From Candidatus Poribacteria bacterium (GTDB lineage Bacteria > Poribacteria > WGA-4E > WGA-3G): 64,000 nucleotides of DNA. Within the stretch, counting starts at the first letter, position 1, and the number at the start of each line of letters is the position of its first letter. The position numbers were made by a program, and so were the translations under genes. Positions 10,602-20,315 of this stretch are shown in pieces. The stretch covers positions 2,976,001-3,040,000 of the forward strand of contig CBDANF010000003.1 of NCBI GenBank assembly GCA_965197475.1. The letters run 5' to 3'. The notes under the pieces are model-generated. The model was not told where the DNA came from. It saw only the letters and a program-made list of their open reading frames with translations, and did no database searches.

Positions 10602-11027
10602 ATGCACAGAAAAATTGGACCTGGTGGCGTTATCCTTAATCCTACAAACACACCTCCAGCATTGTCACGTCCAGATGAATTTAAAACCAACTGGAAACAA
10701 TTGTCGTTTTCATTCAAAGGTAGAATAAACCGAAAAGACTATTGGATATATTTCTTAGGTACTGGTTTATTATACATAACTTTTGGGGCATTTTTGATAT
10801 ATACAGTAGGTGAAATTGCGTATTACGCTTTTATGATACCAATTGGTTTCGTGAAATTCTTCTGGTGTGATAACGCTGTTACAGTGAAACGATTCCATGA
10901 TTTTGGTAGATCTGCTTGGTATCTTATCCCACTTTACATACCTCTGATTGGTATAGTCCTTTGGTTTATGTTTGCTTTCAGTAAAGGTGATCCCGAACCA
11001 AACAAGTATGGCGAACCGCCCAAATAA
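10602..11027 (+). CDS. DUF805 family membrane protein
   Basis: FSFKGRINRKDYW, VKRFHDFGRSAW and GDPEPNKYGEPP are DUF805 hallmarks. Confidence 0.88.
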   Translation: MHRKIGPGGVILNPTNTPPALSRPDEFKTNWKQLSFSFKGRINRKDYWIYFLGTGLLYITFGAFLIYTVGEIAYYAFMIPIGFVKFFWCDNAVTVKRFHDFGRSAWYLIPLYIPLIGIVLWFMFAFSKGDPEPNKYGEPPK

Positions 11028-11080
11028 CCCAACAACGAGGGGACCCTGTCCCCTCTAACCACAAAGGAGATTAAACCCAT

Positions 11081-11404
11081 GTGGGTAATACTGAAGAACC
11101 CCGTAAAGGACCCGAATTTGATCTTTTAGCAGTTCATCTTGAATCTTTTAACGCAATTGCTATATTCAACTTTGACAAAAAATACCATCTTGCCATGATT
11201 AAACATTTCGACGGTCATTTTTCGAATCACTCATATATGCATTGCGTTTTTGATGTATTTGACACGTACAAACAGGCTCAGGACTTCTTTCAAGAGATGG
11301 TAGAATCCCTAAAGACTGGCGAATCAGTATTTGATCTGCGTCCCCGCGCGGATTTGAACTCAGAGAAAAAGGAGAAAAAGGAGAAAAAGGGTGGTTATCT
11401 ATAG
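11081..11404 (+). CDS. Hypothetical protein
   Basis: AAGGAG RBS upstream, 107-aa ORF convergent with the transposase; start uncertain. Confidence 0.45.
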   Translation: MGNTEEPRKGPEFDLLAVHLESFNAIAIFNFDKKYHLAMIKHFDGHFSNHSYMHCVFDVFDTYKQAQDFFQEMVESLKTGESVFDLRPRADLNSEKKEKKEKKGGYL

Positions 11405-11407
11405 CAT

Positions 11408-12289
11408 TCATCTCATACTTTCATTGACAAACTTGACAAACAAGCTGTCAACGCTCCTATAGTTATACTTATAGCACGCTTCCGCCACATACAGCGGTGT
11501 GTATCCTGTCTGATAATGGTGATGCTGTCCATACCAAGCCCGTTTGAGTAGTGACCAGAACCCTTCAATCGTGTTTGTATGTGTATCACCATCAGCAAAC
11601 TGCACCTTGTGGTTGATAACAGCGTGCTTCATTTCTTTCCCAATAGCGTTGTAAGCCTGATATTCATCGGTTATTAGTTCCGAGTTTTTTAGGTTTACAG
11701 CACTCCGAATAAACTCAAGGATAGTGCGTCCTGTGAGGTTGTGTGCCACCTGTGCGACAACCCTACCCCCACGTTGCACTGCTCCTATTATAGCAGTTTT
11801 CTCCGTTCCTCTGCCACGTTTATGTGGTTCATCATCTTCACGTTTGTTCTTTTTACGAGATTTACCGCCAATATAGGTCTCATCTGCTTCAATGATACCT
11901 TGTAGTAAAGCCCCGCCTTTCTTTGCCATTTCAGCACGAATACGTGCCATCATAAACCATGCTGTCTTTTGATTCAAGTCTAAATCGCGCGCCAGTTGAT
12001 GACTTGACAAACTTTTCTTCGCATTCGTTATCAACGAAATAGCTAAAAACCACTTCTGTAACACTATCTTTGTCCCGTGAAACACCGACCTGCACGTCAC
12101 CTTGAAACTCACTTGGCACTCGTGGCAGTTCCACCGACCGATACGACCGATCTTTGTCTCCTCACGCCTGCCCACATGACCGCTTTCACAATGCGGACAC
12201 ACAGGTTTACCTCGCCACCGAATCTTCTCTAAATGCGAAATACAACTCTCTTGATCGGGGAAACGCTCCATCACCTTCAATAAATCCAT
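11408..12289 (-). mobile_element. IS1595-family transposase
   Basis: Zn ribbon CPHC...CHEC, DDE-type motifs IIEADETYIGG, LITDEY and HTNTIEGFWSLLKR. Start MDLLK with GGAG RBS. Element ends not resolved. Confidence 0.92.
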
Positions 12290-12458
12290 CAGATAACTCC
12301 TTGAAATAGGAGTTGCTTTTTCTGACGGATTTCTGATATAATACCAGATAAGATTAGAACCTTCAGAAAGCAACTCTGCTTTTTGGGTTAATTGGGAGGC
12401 TACAACCTCCCTTTTTCTTATCTATATTATACCATATAAACCCAGTCTACACAAGGCT

Positions 12459-13271
12459 TTATAGCGATTTTTTAAAATTTTTCTCAAGTCCAAAACTACT
12501 CATTGCGGTATTAAATACCTGTTGCATTTCTACCTTTAACGTCTCAAACAATTCGCCTTTCAGACTGATTAGTTCCCTATCAGTGATGCTTCTAGGACGC
12601 GGTAACGGCACATCAACTTCCGCTTTTATTGATGCGGGTCTGGCAGTTAAGACATATATCTTATCAGCAAGCAGAAGTGCTTCCTCAATATCGTGGGTTA
12701 TCAACAGGACAGTCTGACCGCCTTTGTCCCAAATATCTAAAAGAATAGATTGCATCACAGTGCGGGTCATTGCATCCAATGCACCAAAAGGTTCATCCAA
12801 AAGCAGAATCTCTTTTCGGAAAAGGAGCGTCCTGACCAAAGCAACGCGTTGTCGCATCCCACCCGAAAGCTGCATCGGGTAACTATTTGAAAACCCCTGC
12901 AAACCGAGCTGCTCCAATAGTTTTTGTGCTTCCGTTTTTGCTGAACCAAACGATTCCTTCTGTATTTCTGGGCCGATGAGTACGTTCTTTAAGACTGTTC
13001 GCCAAGGGAGAAGGAGGTCCTTCTGTTGCATATACCCGAACGCGCCTGTATTACCTTGGATACGTTTCCCGTTGAGATAAATTTCCCCGGATTGCGGTGC
13101 GAGAAGTCCTGAGATAATATTGAACAACGTACTCTTACCGCATCCAGAGGGACCAAGCAATGCCACAAACTGCCCAGTATTCACTGAAAAGTTTAACTCG
13201 TTCAGTACTGACAGTTGTTTGTTGCTTTGAACGAATGCGTGTGTTAAATTCAGAACTTCAAGTTTTGTCAT
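12459..13271 (-). CDS. NitT/TauT-type ABC transporter ATP-binding protein
   Basis: GPSGCGKS, LSGGMRQRVAL, LLLDEPFGALDAMTR and ITHDIEEA. Confidence 0.9.
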   Translation of the reverse strand: MTKLEVLNLTHAFVQSNKQLSVLNELNFSVNTGQFVALLGPSGCGKSTLFNIISGLLAPQSGEIYLNGKRIQGNTGAFGYMQQKDLLLPWRTVLKNVLIGPEIQKESFGSAKTEAQKLLEQLGLQGFSNSYPMQLSGGMRQRVALVRTLLFRKEILLLDEPFGALDAMTRTVMQSILLDIWDKGGQTVLLITHDIEEALLLADKIYVLTARPASIKAEVDVPLPRPRSITDRELISLKGELFETLKVEMQQVFNTAMSSFGLEKNFKKSL

Positions 13272-13330
13272 AATACTATGGTATCTGTTCTGCGCGGTCA
13301 CAAACCATCGCCTACGGTTTGAAAAAATAC

Positions 13331-14206
13331 CTAACCACGCGCAGCACGTTGCCGAAAAAAACGGATTAACGGTATAACATAAGACTCGTCTGTTTGGATA
13401 TCAATAAAATCAACCTGATTTACCCTAAAAGTATGTTGACGTTCTGCAGCATTTTTTTCATTAAGTTCTGCATATAACTGTCGTGCTTGTGTTGATCGCG
13501 TATCTACAACGATTCGCTCTCCAGTCTCCGCATCTTGTAACTCTATTATACCTACGTTTGGCATCTCCATTTCCCTTCGGTCCTGTAGGGATATTGCAAT
13601 CAGTGAATGCCGCTTGCTGGTCATACGCAGCTGCTTTTGATATTCCGTTCCCATAAAATCTGATATTAGGAACACAACACTATGCGGTTTGAGAACCCGA
13701 TCTGCAAATGTCAAAGCATCCGCAATATTAGTCCCCGTTTTTTGGGGTTGAAAACGGAGAATATCACGAACGACCCGCAGCACATGTCTTTTACCTTTGC
13801 GAGGTGCAACATAGTGTTCAACTGAATCGGTAAAGCAAATGAGTCCTACTTTGTCATTGTTTTTGATGGCAGAAAAAGCAAGCAGTGCGGCAATTTCTGC
13901 CGCTACCTCTGCTTTTGTCTCAGGAATACTTCCGAAGGTTGTTGAGGCACTCATATCCACGATCAACATCATTACGAGTTCGCGCTCCTCAACATACTTC
14001 TTGACATAAGCATGTCCCATGCGTGCAGTAACATTCCAATCGATCGTCCGGATTTCATCGCCAGGCTGATATTCTCGCACCTCATCAAATGTGATTCCCT
14101 GTCCCTTGAAAACACTTTCATACTCCCCTGCAAAGATAGTATTCACCAACCGATTGGAGAATATATCAATACGCCGAATCTTTTTGAGAATTTCTTTTTC
14201 ATCCAT
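13331..14206 (-). CDS. DUF58 domain protein (MoxR-associated)
   Basis: EVREYQPGDEIRTIDWNVTAR, VDMSAS and LISDF. Confidence 0.92.
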   Translation of the reverse strand: MDEKEILKKIRRIDIFSNRLVNTIFAGEYESVFKGQGITFDEVREYQPGDEIRTIDWNVTARMGHAYVKKYVEERELVMMLIVDMSASTTFGSIPETKAEVAAEIAALLAFSAIKNNDKVGLICFTDSVEHYVAPRKGKRHVLRVVRDILRFQPQKTGTNIADALTFADRVLKPHSVVFLISDFMGTEYQKQLRMTSKRHSLIAISLQDRREMEMPNVGIIELQDAETGERIVVDTRSTQARQLYAELNEKNAAERQHTFRVNQVDFIDIQTDESYVIPLIRFFRQRAARG

Positions 14207-14311
14207 ACCGTTTTCCCATAGGACAGATTTTCGTTGCTTAATTTTCAACGTCCCATTATATTATCAGAAAAGCAGCGAGAAATCAACATCTTTATCAGAG
14301 TGAGGACACCT

Positions 14312-15142
14312 ATGCAGCATGTTTTAGACGGAACCAAAATTGAAATCCACAGTGAAATCCAAACAGGGAACATCCGTCATGTCGTTTTCGATTTTGATGG
14401 GACTATCTCTCTGATTCGAGACGGATGGCAAAACGTGATGATCCCGATGATGGTTGAATTCCTTCAAACCGAAACCGAGACAACTGAAACACGCGAGGAG
14501 CTGGAATCAATCGTCGTCGAATTTGTGGATAGATTGACAGGCAAACAGACTATCTATCAGATGATCCAGTTAAGTGAAGAGATCGAAAAGCGGGGAGGGA
14601 AACCGAAGGATCCGATTGCGTACAAGGATGCGTATAACCAACATCTACTTCCGATTGTTGAACAACGAATTGCGGACCTTGCGGCAGGAACGTTATCTGC
14701 TGAAACGCTACGCGTTCCAATGGCACTTGAATTTCTCCAAAGTCTGCATGAATTGGGTGTAAAGTGCTATCTCGCGAGTGGAACAGATGTTGAATTCGTC
14801 AAGAATGAAGCGGAACTTCTCGGTGTTGCAGCCTATTTTAATGGTGGCATTTTCGGTGCATTGCGGGAATATAAGAAGTTTTCCAAAGCCATGGTCATCC
14901 AGAAAATTCTCACAGATTTCAAACTGAGTGGCAGTGAACTTCTTATCGTTGGCGATGGGTATGTGGAGATCGAAAATGCTAAAGCAGTAGGTGCGATTGC
15001 TGTGGGTGTTGCGTCCGTTGAGGACAATATCTATAATATGAACGCTGATAAACGGGAACGACTTATTCGTGCTGGGGCAGACATCATTATTCCGGATTTC
15101 CGAGAGGGTGGACAACTTCTTAAATATCTATTTAACCAATAA
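14312..15142 (+). CDS. HAD family hydrolase
   Basis: VFDFDGT motif I, LASGT and VGDGYVEI; GAGGA RBS before ATG 14312. Confidence 0.88.
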   Translation: MQHVLDGTKIEIHSEIQTGNIRHVVFDFDGTISLIRDGWQNVMIPMMVEFLQTETETTETREELESIVVEFVDRLTGKQTIYQMIQLSEEIEKRGGKPKDPIAYKDAYNQHLLPIVEQRIADLAAGTLSAETLRVPMALEFLQSLHELGVKCYLASGTDVEFVKNEAELLGVAAYFNGGIFGALREYKKFSKAMVIQKILTDFKLSGSELLIVGDGYVEIENAKAVGAIAVGVASVEDNIYNMNADKRERLIRAGADIIIPDFREGGQLLKYLFNQ

Positions 15143-15514
15143 GATTGCATCCGGTTTACCATTTTTGACACAGTGCACATGTTCACAACGAGGACAAGCA
15201 TTCAACAGACCTTACTTTACAATGTTTTATATGTCAAGTATATTGTAAAACATTAAGACAATATATCTCTTGATTCTTTTTTGTAAAGTGTTATCATATA
15301 TAAAAGTTTGTAGCAAGCTGTGCAATTCAGTGGGTTACCGTGCAGACTGCTCAAATCATTTGTTATGTAAAACCCTTGCGTACCCTTCCCCGCTTTCGCG
15401 ACCATTTGTAATTCGGGGGTTAATCCCTGCGTCGATTGTATTTTATTTCGGAGAGCTCGCGATTCTTGGCGAGTTTCTGCGGGAAAATGGGAGAAGAATG
15501 AGAGGATTCAGACA

Positions 15515-16315
15515 GTGAAGCGAATAAGCGCGTTCATAACAAGATATATATATGCCGCATTTTCTTGTCTGTATCTGTTTATGGTCGGATTCCTTTTCGA
15601 GAAAAACCGTCTTTTTATTGAGCGGATTTGTGCCCAGTTCGGCTACGTCAAGAAAACCCCTATCCTCATTGTCCCAACGATTGAATTGGCAAAGGTCGTC
15701 TCAGAAGATATCCCGATTCAGGTCCGTGAGCCCGTCGCCATTGATGGCAACATCTCGCTCGCCGAGATCACTGTTATGTCCAAATTAGTGAAAAGGCATA
15801 ACCCGAATAGACTCTTTGAGATCGGCACGTTTGACGGACGCACAACACTGAATTTGGCCGCAAATGCTTCAGCGGAAGCCGAAGTCTACACCCTTGACCT
15901 ACCCAAGGATAAACTATCTGTGACAGACTTGCCATTAGAAACTGGAGAAGAAAAATATGTTGATCAGGAGGTTTCGGGGCTAAGATTTTTGGGAACCGAT
16001 TGTGAGCAGAAGATCACCCAATTGTACGGCGATTCGGCGACCTTTGATTTTTCTCCATTTTTCAACACAGTGGATTTCATATTCATAGATGGTTCCCATT
16101 CCTATGAATATGTATTGAATGATTCAAAACGGGCACTCGAATTATTGCGGGACGGACAGGGTGTGATTTTATGGCACGATTACGGTAAACCGTGGTGGTC
16201 GGGACTGACTACCGCATTAAATGAGATGTATTCAGCGAGGAAGGAATTCAAAAACATCCAACATATTCAGGAAACTTCTTTGGTGTACTTGGTGATTGAC
16301 GATAGCCGCGTTTAG
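15515..16315 (+). CDS. Class I SAM-dependent methyltransferase (Methyltransf_24-like)
   Basis: FEIGTFDGRTT, GDS, FIDGSHSYEYV and ILWHDY. Confidence 0.85.
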   Translation: MKRISAFITRYIYAAFSCLYLFMVGFLFEKNRLFIERICAQFGYVKKTPILIVPTIELAKVVSEDIPIQVREPVAIDGNISLAEITVMSKLVKRHNPNRLFEIGTFDGRTTLNLAANASAEAEVYTLDLPKDKLSVTDLPLETGEEKYVDQEVSGLRFLGTDCEQKITQLYGDSATFDFSPFFNTVDFIFIDGSHSYEYVLNDSKRALELLRDGQGVILWHDYGKPWWSGLTTALNEMYSARKEFKNIQHIQETSLVYLVIDDSRV

Positions 16316-16594
16316 TAATATGTAGACATTCCTTAGTTGGTGTCCATTCTAAAATTATAGTCTATTTCTATTTTTCAAGAGAACTTGACAGCCAATGGTA
16401 TTCTTTTAGACTGTTCCTAACTAAATTTTGGAGGAACAGTGTCTTTTACCAAATTAACTTGATGAGTATTTTTCTGATAAAGTTTAGCATTGCAAGGCAC
16501 AGAGACCTCGCGCTACAAATCGGGTTAATTTGGTATAAGTCCTACCATAATTAGAACGCACAAAACCGGGCACACCGTCTCAAGATTCAAAGAC

Positions 16595-17341
16595 TTACTG
16601 TTGCTTAAGTTCTCCCCACAAAACTGCAGCCTTACCTTTAGCACGTACATTTAGGGTGCCATGTGCAGGAACAGTGGGACCAGAAATTACAAAGTTATCT
16701 AATACAAATGTTCCAATGTGTCCTGCCCCCCGTCCCACATACGCAATTATCCCGATACAATCAATAGTGGTGAGGTCCGGAACTTTTAATTCATTTATTA
16801 GATCACCTTTTGACAAAAATTTGAAGTGTCCATTGTTAAATGAAATTTCAATTTCTTCAAGTGGCAATTTCGGTTCATCAAATTCATTAGCGATTTGTAA
16901 TATTTCAAAATTACGTGGTGTTTGAATTTGGCCATCTATAAAAGGCCTGTCAAGAAATTTAAACGTTTTACCCATTACACCGCCTCTTGCACCATATTGC
17001 CCCATTATAATCCCAATGTTGTCATTCCTTGTTGTCGCAAGTATTTTGACTTTGACATTAAGGTCTTTAGCCTTTATGGGAAATCCTATAAATTCAAGCG
17101 GAAAATATTCAAAGATTCCGGGGGTGGGAGGTGGATCTATCCAAACATCCAAACTCCCATTTTTTGTCTTTCAGAAGGTTTTTGGTGCCCAAATGCCTCC
17201 GGCGAAGTGGTCTTCAACTTTTTTCCATGAATCAAGATTATTATCGCTGAAATCCTCAACCCAAGTCTTTGCAGATACTACCTGTCCTGCGACAAATATC
17301 AACACATAGAGAATCAGAAAAAATGCGAAAAATCTGTTCAT
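16595..17341 (-). pseudogene. Secreted beta-sandwich protein with WGELK C-terminus, in-frame TGA
   Basis: Signal peptide MNRFFAFF...VSA-KTWVEDF from ATG 17341. In-frame TGA at 17171-17173 where the paralogs have Trp; the same frame continues to NVRAKGKAAVLWGELKQQ*. Confidence 0.75.
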
Positions 17342-17404
17342 TTAATACCTCCTATTATGATTATGACATACTATACCGAACATCGTGTAAAAAACTTGGT
17401 GGAT

Positions 17405-18106
17405 CTATTTCCGCTTAAGCTCTCCCCATAAAACCGCAGCCTTACCTTTGGGACGTACATTTAGGGTGCCGCGCGCGGGAACAGTGGGGCCAGAAATTAC
17501 AAAGTTATCTAATACAAAATGTGCAAGTGGAAAGGGCCCAGACGCAGGCTTAAATATATGGGCAGTTATCCCAAGACAATCAACTGTTGGAAGGTTGGGA
17601 TCATGAAAATCAAGGATGTGTTTACCATCAGACAACAGCTCAAAACGTCCATTATCAAAGTCAATTTCAATTTCCTTTAGGCTATCGAAATCAACATCTG
17701 GATCTTGGGCAGGAAATTCAATAGGACCATATATTGTTCTGTGTAGGAATTTATAGGTACGCCTATATATTCGCCCTTGTTCATCGTGTTGCCCAATAAG
17801 AATTCCAACAAATGCGTTGTGGACTTCAAGGATGTTCACTTTGACGCGGAACTGTTCCGCGTTGATGGGAAACCCCGTGAATTTGAAATCATGATGTTGA
17901 ATTGCTGCCCAGTGCATGGGTTGTATCCAGACATCTAAAAGTCCATCCTTTGCTATCCAAGTATTTCTGTTCTCATCATCCACCTTTGCCCATGAATCAA
18001 GGGGTCCTGTATTGAAATTCTCAACCCAGGTTTTTGCCTCCGTAACCTTTATGGTAGTGAATAGTAGCATCCCAAAAATTAGCGATAGTGTGTAAAACCG
18101 ATTCAT
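17405..18106 (-). CDS. Secreted protein, paralog of its neighbours, WGELK C-terminus
   Basis: Signal peptide, KTWVENF...LDSW, LDNFVISGP and NVRPKGKAAVLWGELKRK. Confidence 0.8.
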   Translation of the reverse strand: MNRFYTLSLIFGMLLFTTIKVTEAKTWVENFNTGPLDSWAKVDDENRNTWIAKDGLLDVWIQPMHWAAIQHHDFKFTGFPINAEQFRVKVNILEVHNAFVGILIGQHDEQGRIYRRTYKFLHRTIYGPIEFPAQDPDVDFDSLKEIEIDFDNGRFELLSDGKHILDFHDPNLPTVDCLGITAHIFKPASGPFPLAHFVLDNFVISGPTVPARGTLNVRPKGKAAVLWGELKRK

Positions 18107-18168
18107 GAGTTACCTCTCCTTATTTTTTACTGAGCAATGCCGCATCGTCCTGTTAGAGCTTGAGGAAT

Positions 18169-19857
18169 TTACTGCCGCTTCAACTCTCCCCATAAAACTG
18201 CAGCCTTGTCTTTAGGATGTACACTTAGACTGTTTGTCTTAGGAATTGAGGGACCTGAAATCACAAAATTATCAATGATTGCTTCAGCCTCAGCCTGACA
18301 ATTCTTCGGAAACACAGCGATGCCAATGAAGTCAATTCTTTGTAAAGTTGGATCTTTGAATTCAACGATGTATTCACCTTCAGAGAAAAGATAGAAATGC
18401 CCCTGATCAAATACGACATCTATTTCGTCTAAGTTGAGTACAATTTTTGGTACTCTTTCAACCACTATTCCTAATGGGTTAAAACCCTCAGGACTACCGA
18501 GTTTATGGCTTGCAAATTGATAAGCACTCAGGAAGGGACTAAAGAATTCATTCTCAGGTTGTTTGCCGATGAAAATAGCAACATTCGCGTTTTTTGCTGA
18601 AAGAATTGTCAGTTTGACACGGAGTTGGGAGGCATTGATGGGGAAACCCGTGAATTCAAGTGTGTAATTGGTTTCGCGTGCCAATTCGTTCTCGGGATTG
18701 AATCGTTCGTTACAAAAAGGTTGTGTCTGCCCAACAAGATGTCTGTTTGTTGCTTGCCAAGTGACTCTTTCACGTTGATGTTCACGTTTTGTCCAGAAAT
18801 TAAGGTGTCCAGCGTTGAAATCGTCAGTCCATCTTTTGGCATGCGGCGGCGTTAAAGTTTTTGGGAGTTGCGGCGGCTCTACCTTTTCTGGCGTTATTTC
18901 CCAGAGACGGACGGTTCCATCACCACCTGCACTTGCGAGCAGGTGGCCATCAGGACTGAACACAACGTCATGAACAGCTGATGTGCCAACTCTAAAATCT
19001 CCTTCGTGTCCTGTGAGAGTATTCAGAAGCAGTGCTCTATCTACATCCCAGAGGTCTATTATCCTGTCGTCCCTTCCAACTGCAAGGAGGTGTCCATCTG
19101 GACTGAAAGCAACAGATAGAAAAATTCTACCTAAGTCTCTTGGAAAAGATTGTGACAGTTCACCTATATTGGCATTCCATAAGTCTGTTCCTCCCCAACC
19201 GACACTCGCCACTGTGTGCCCTTCAGGACTAAATGCAACATCAAAAACATCTTCAACAGCGGGCTCAAGCGTGTGTAGGTGTTCTCCTGTATCAGGATTC
19301 CACACTTTGACGTTGGCATCTCCAGCACCGCCATTCGCTATGATACTACCATCAGGACTGAAAGCAACACCGTCGACATGTTTTGTTTCTAATATTCGTA
19401 GAAGTTCTCCTGTATGGGGGTTCCAAAGATGTATCTTACCTTCCCTGCTCCCGCTTGCAAGTACATCTCTGTCAGGACTAAAAGCAACGCTGGTGATATT
19501 ACCTTGGTGTCCTTTGAGGGTTCTTAGAAGTTCACCAGTATTCGGATTCCACAAATTAACAACTTCGTCTTTTCCTCCGCCACTTGCAAGAATACTACCA
19601 TCAGGACTAAAAGCAAGACCCCCTCCTCGACTTGTTTTTATGGTTCTCAAGAGTTCCCGTGTCTGAGGGTTCCAAAGACGGATAGTCTCGTCAGCACTCA
19701 TACTTGCAAGCATGCCCCCATTTGGACTGAAAGCAACGCTATAAACCGAATCGGTGTGTCCTTTAAGCACAGTGTGTGGGATATCCGCGGCAAAAGTATT
19801 CGGTAAGACGACAACAGAAATTAAAATGAGGGTTGTAATAAAATGTTTGGCTTTCAT
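18169..19857 (-). CDS. Secreted WD40-repeat protein fused to the same beta-sandwich domain, WGELK C-terminus
   Basis: Signal peptide, about 7 GH...AFSPDG...W repeats, then RWTDDFN...IDNFVISGP and SVHPKDKAAVLWGELKRQ. Confidence 0.88.
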   Translation of the reverse strand: MKAKHFITTLILISVVVLPNTFAADIPHTVLKGHTDSVYSVAFSPNGGMLASMSADETIRLWNPQTRELLRTIKTSRGGGLAFSPDGSILASGGGKDEVVNLWNPNTGELLRTLKGHQGNITSVAFSPDRDVLASGSREGKIHLWNPHTGELLRILETKHVDGVAFSPDGSIIANGGAGDANVKVWNPDTGEHLHTLEPAVEDVFDVAFSPEGHTVASVGWGGTDLWNANIGELSQSFPRDLGRIFLSVAFSPDGHLLAVGRDDRIIDLWDVDRALLLNTLTGHEGDFRVGTSAVHDVVFSPDGHLLASAGGDGTVRLWEITPEKVEPPQLPKTLTPPHAKRWTDDFNAGHLNFWTKREHQRERVTWQATNRHLVGQTQPFCNERFNPENELARETNYTLEFTGFPINASQLRVKLTILSAKNANVAIFIGKQPENEFFSPFLSAYQFASHKLGSPEGFNPLGIVVERVPKIVLNLDEIDVVFDQGHFYLFSEGEYIVEFKDPTLQRIDFIGIAVFPKNCQAEAEAIIDNFVISGPSIPKTNSLSVHPKDKAAVLWGELKRQ

Positions 19858-19889
19858 AAACAGGGTCTCTAAATGTTCGTTGTTTCAGT

Positions 19890-19943
19890 TAACAATTTCA
19901 GAACACCTAACAATTTCAGAACACCTAACAATTTCAGAACACC
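19890..19943. repeat. Perfect tandem repeat, 3 x 18 bp (taacaatttcagaacacc)
   Basis: Units at 19890-19907, 19908-19925 and 19926-19943. Confidence 0.95.
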
Positions 19944-19964
19944 ACTATTCAATCTTAGGAAGGA

Positions 19965-20038
19965 TGGGCGGTACAGGACTTGAACCTGTGACCTCTTGCA
20001 TGTCAAGCAAACGCTCTAGCCACCTGAGCTAACCGCCC
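19965..20038 (-). tRNA. tRNA-Val(GAC)
   Basis: GGGCGGTTAGCTCAG...TT GAC AT...GGTTCAAGTCC...CCGCCCA; CCA not encoded. Confidence 0.95.
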
Positions 20039-20053
20039 ATATATAGAAGGGTA

Positions 20054-20128
20054 TGGAGGTGGCGGTCGGAATCGAACCGACGAATAAGAGTTTTGCAGAC
20101 TCGTGCCTTACCACTTGGCTACGCCACC
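20054..20128 (-). tRNA. tRNA-Cys(GCA)
   Basis: GGTGGCGTAGCCAAGTGGTAAGGC...CT GCA AA...GGTTCGATTCC...CCA. Confidence 0.95.
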
Positions 20129-20132
20129 GAAA

Positions 20133-20207
20133 TGGAGCGGGAGACGAGATTTGAACTCGCGACCTCCACCTTGGCAAGGTGGAGCTCTACCACTGAGCTA
20201 CTCCCGC
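20133..20207 (-). tRNA. tRNA-Gly(GCC)
   Basis: GCGGGAGTAGCTCAGTGGTAGAGC...TT GCC AA...GTTCAAATC...CCA. Confidence 0.95.
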
Positions 20208-20260
20208 ATATCTTTTAGGATTTCCGTTAAGGAATTAACGCACATCTTAAAAGCATATTT

Positions 20261-20289
20261 ATTTTAACACATTATTATAAAAATGTCAA
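20261..20289 (-). promoter_or_regulatory. Sigma70 promoter of the tRNA operon
   Basis: TTGACA-N17-TAAAAT with an extended -10 TG on the minus strand. Confidence 0.7.
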
Positions 20290-20315
20290 ATTAATTTCAA
20301 TAACTTCGCCAAAAA

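Noticed and set aside
17171-17173. Alternative genetic code (TGA = Trp) or selenocysteine
   Set aside because: TGA terminates many genes here (modB, purQ, the toxin gene), and the aligned residue is Trp rather than Cys.
19890-19943. Possible CRISPR array
   Set aside because: The repeats are contiguous with no spacers, and no cas genes are in the window.
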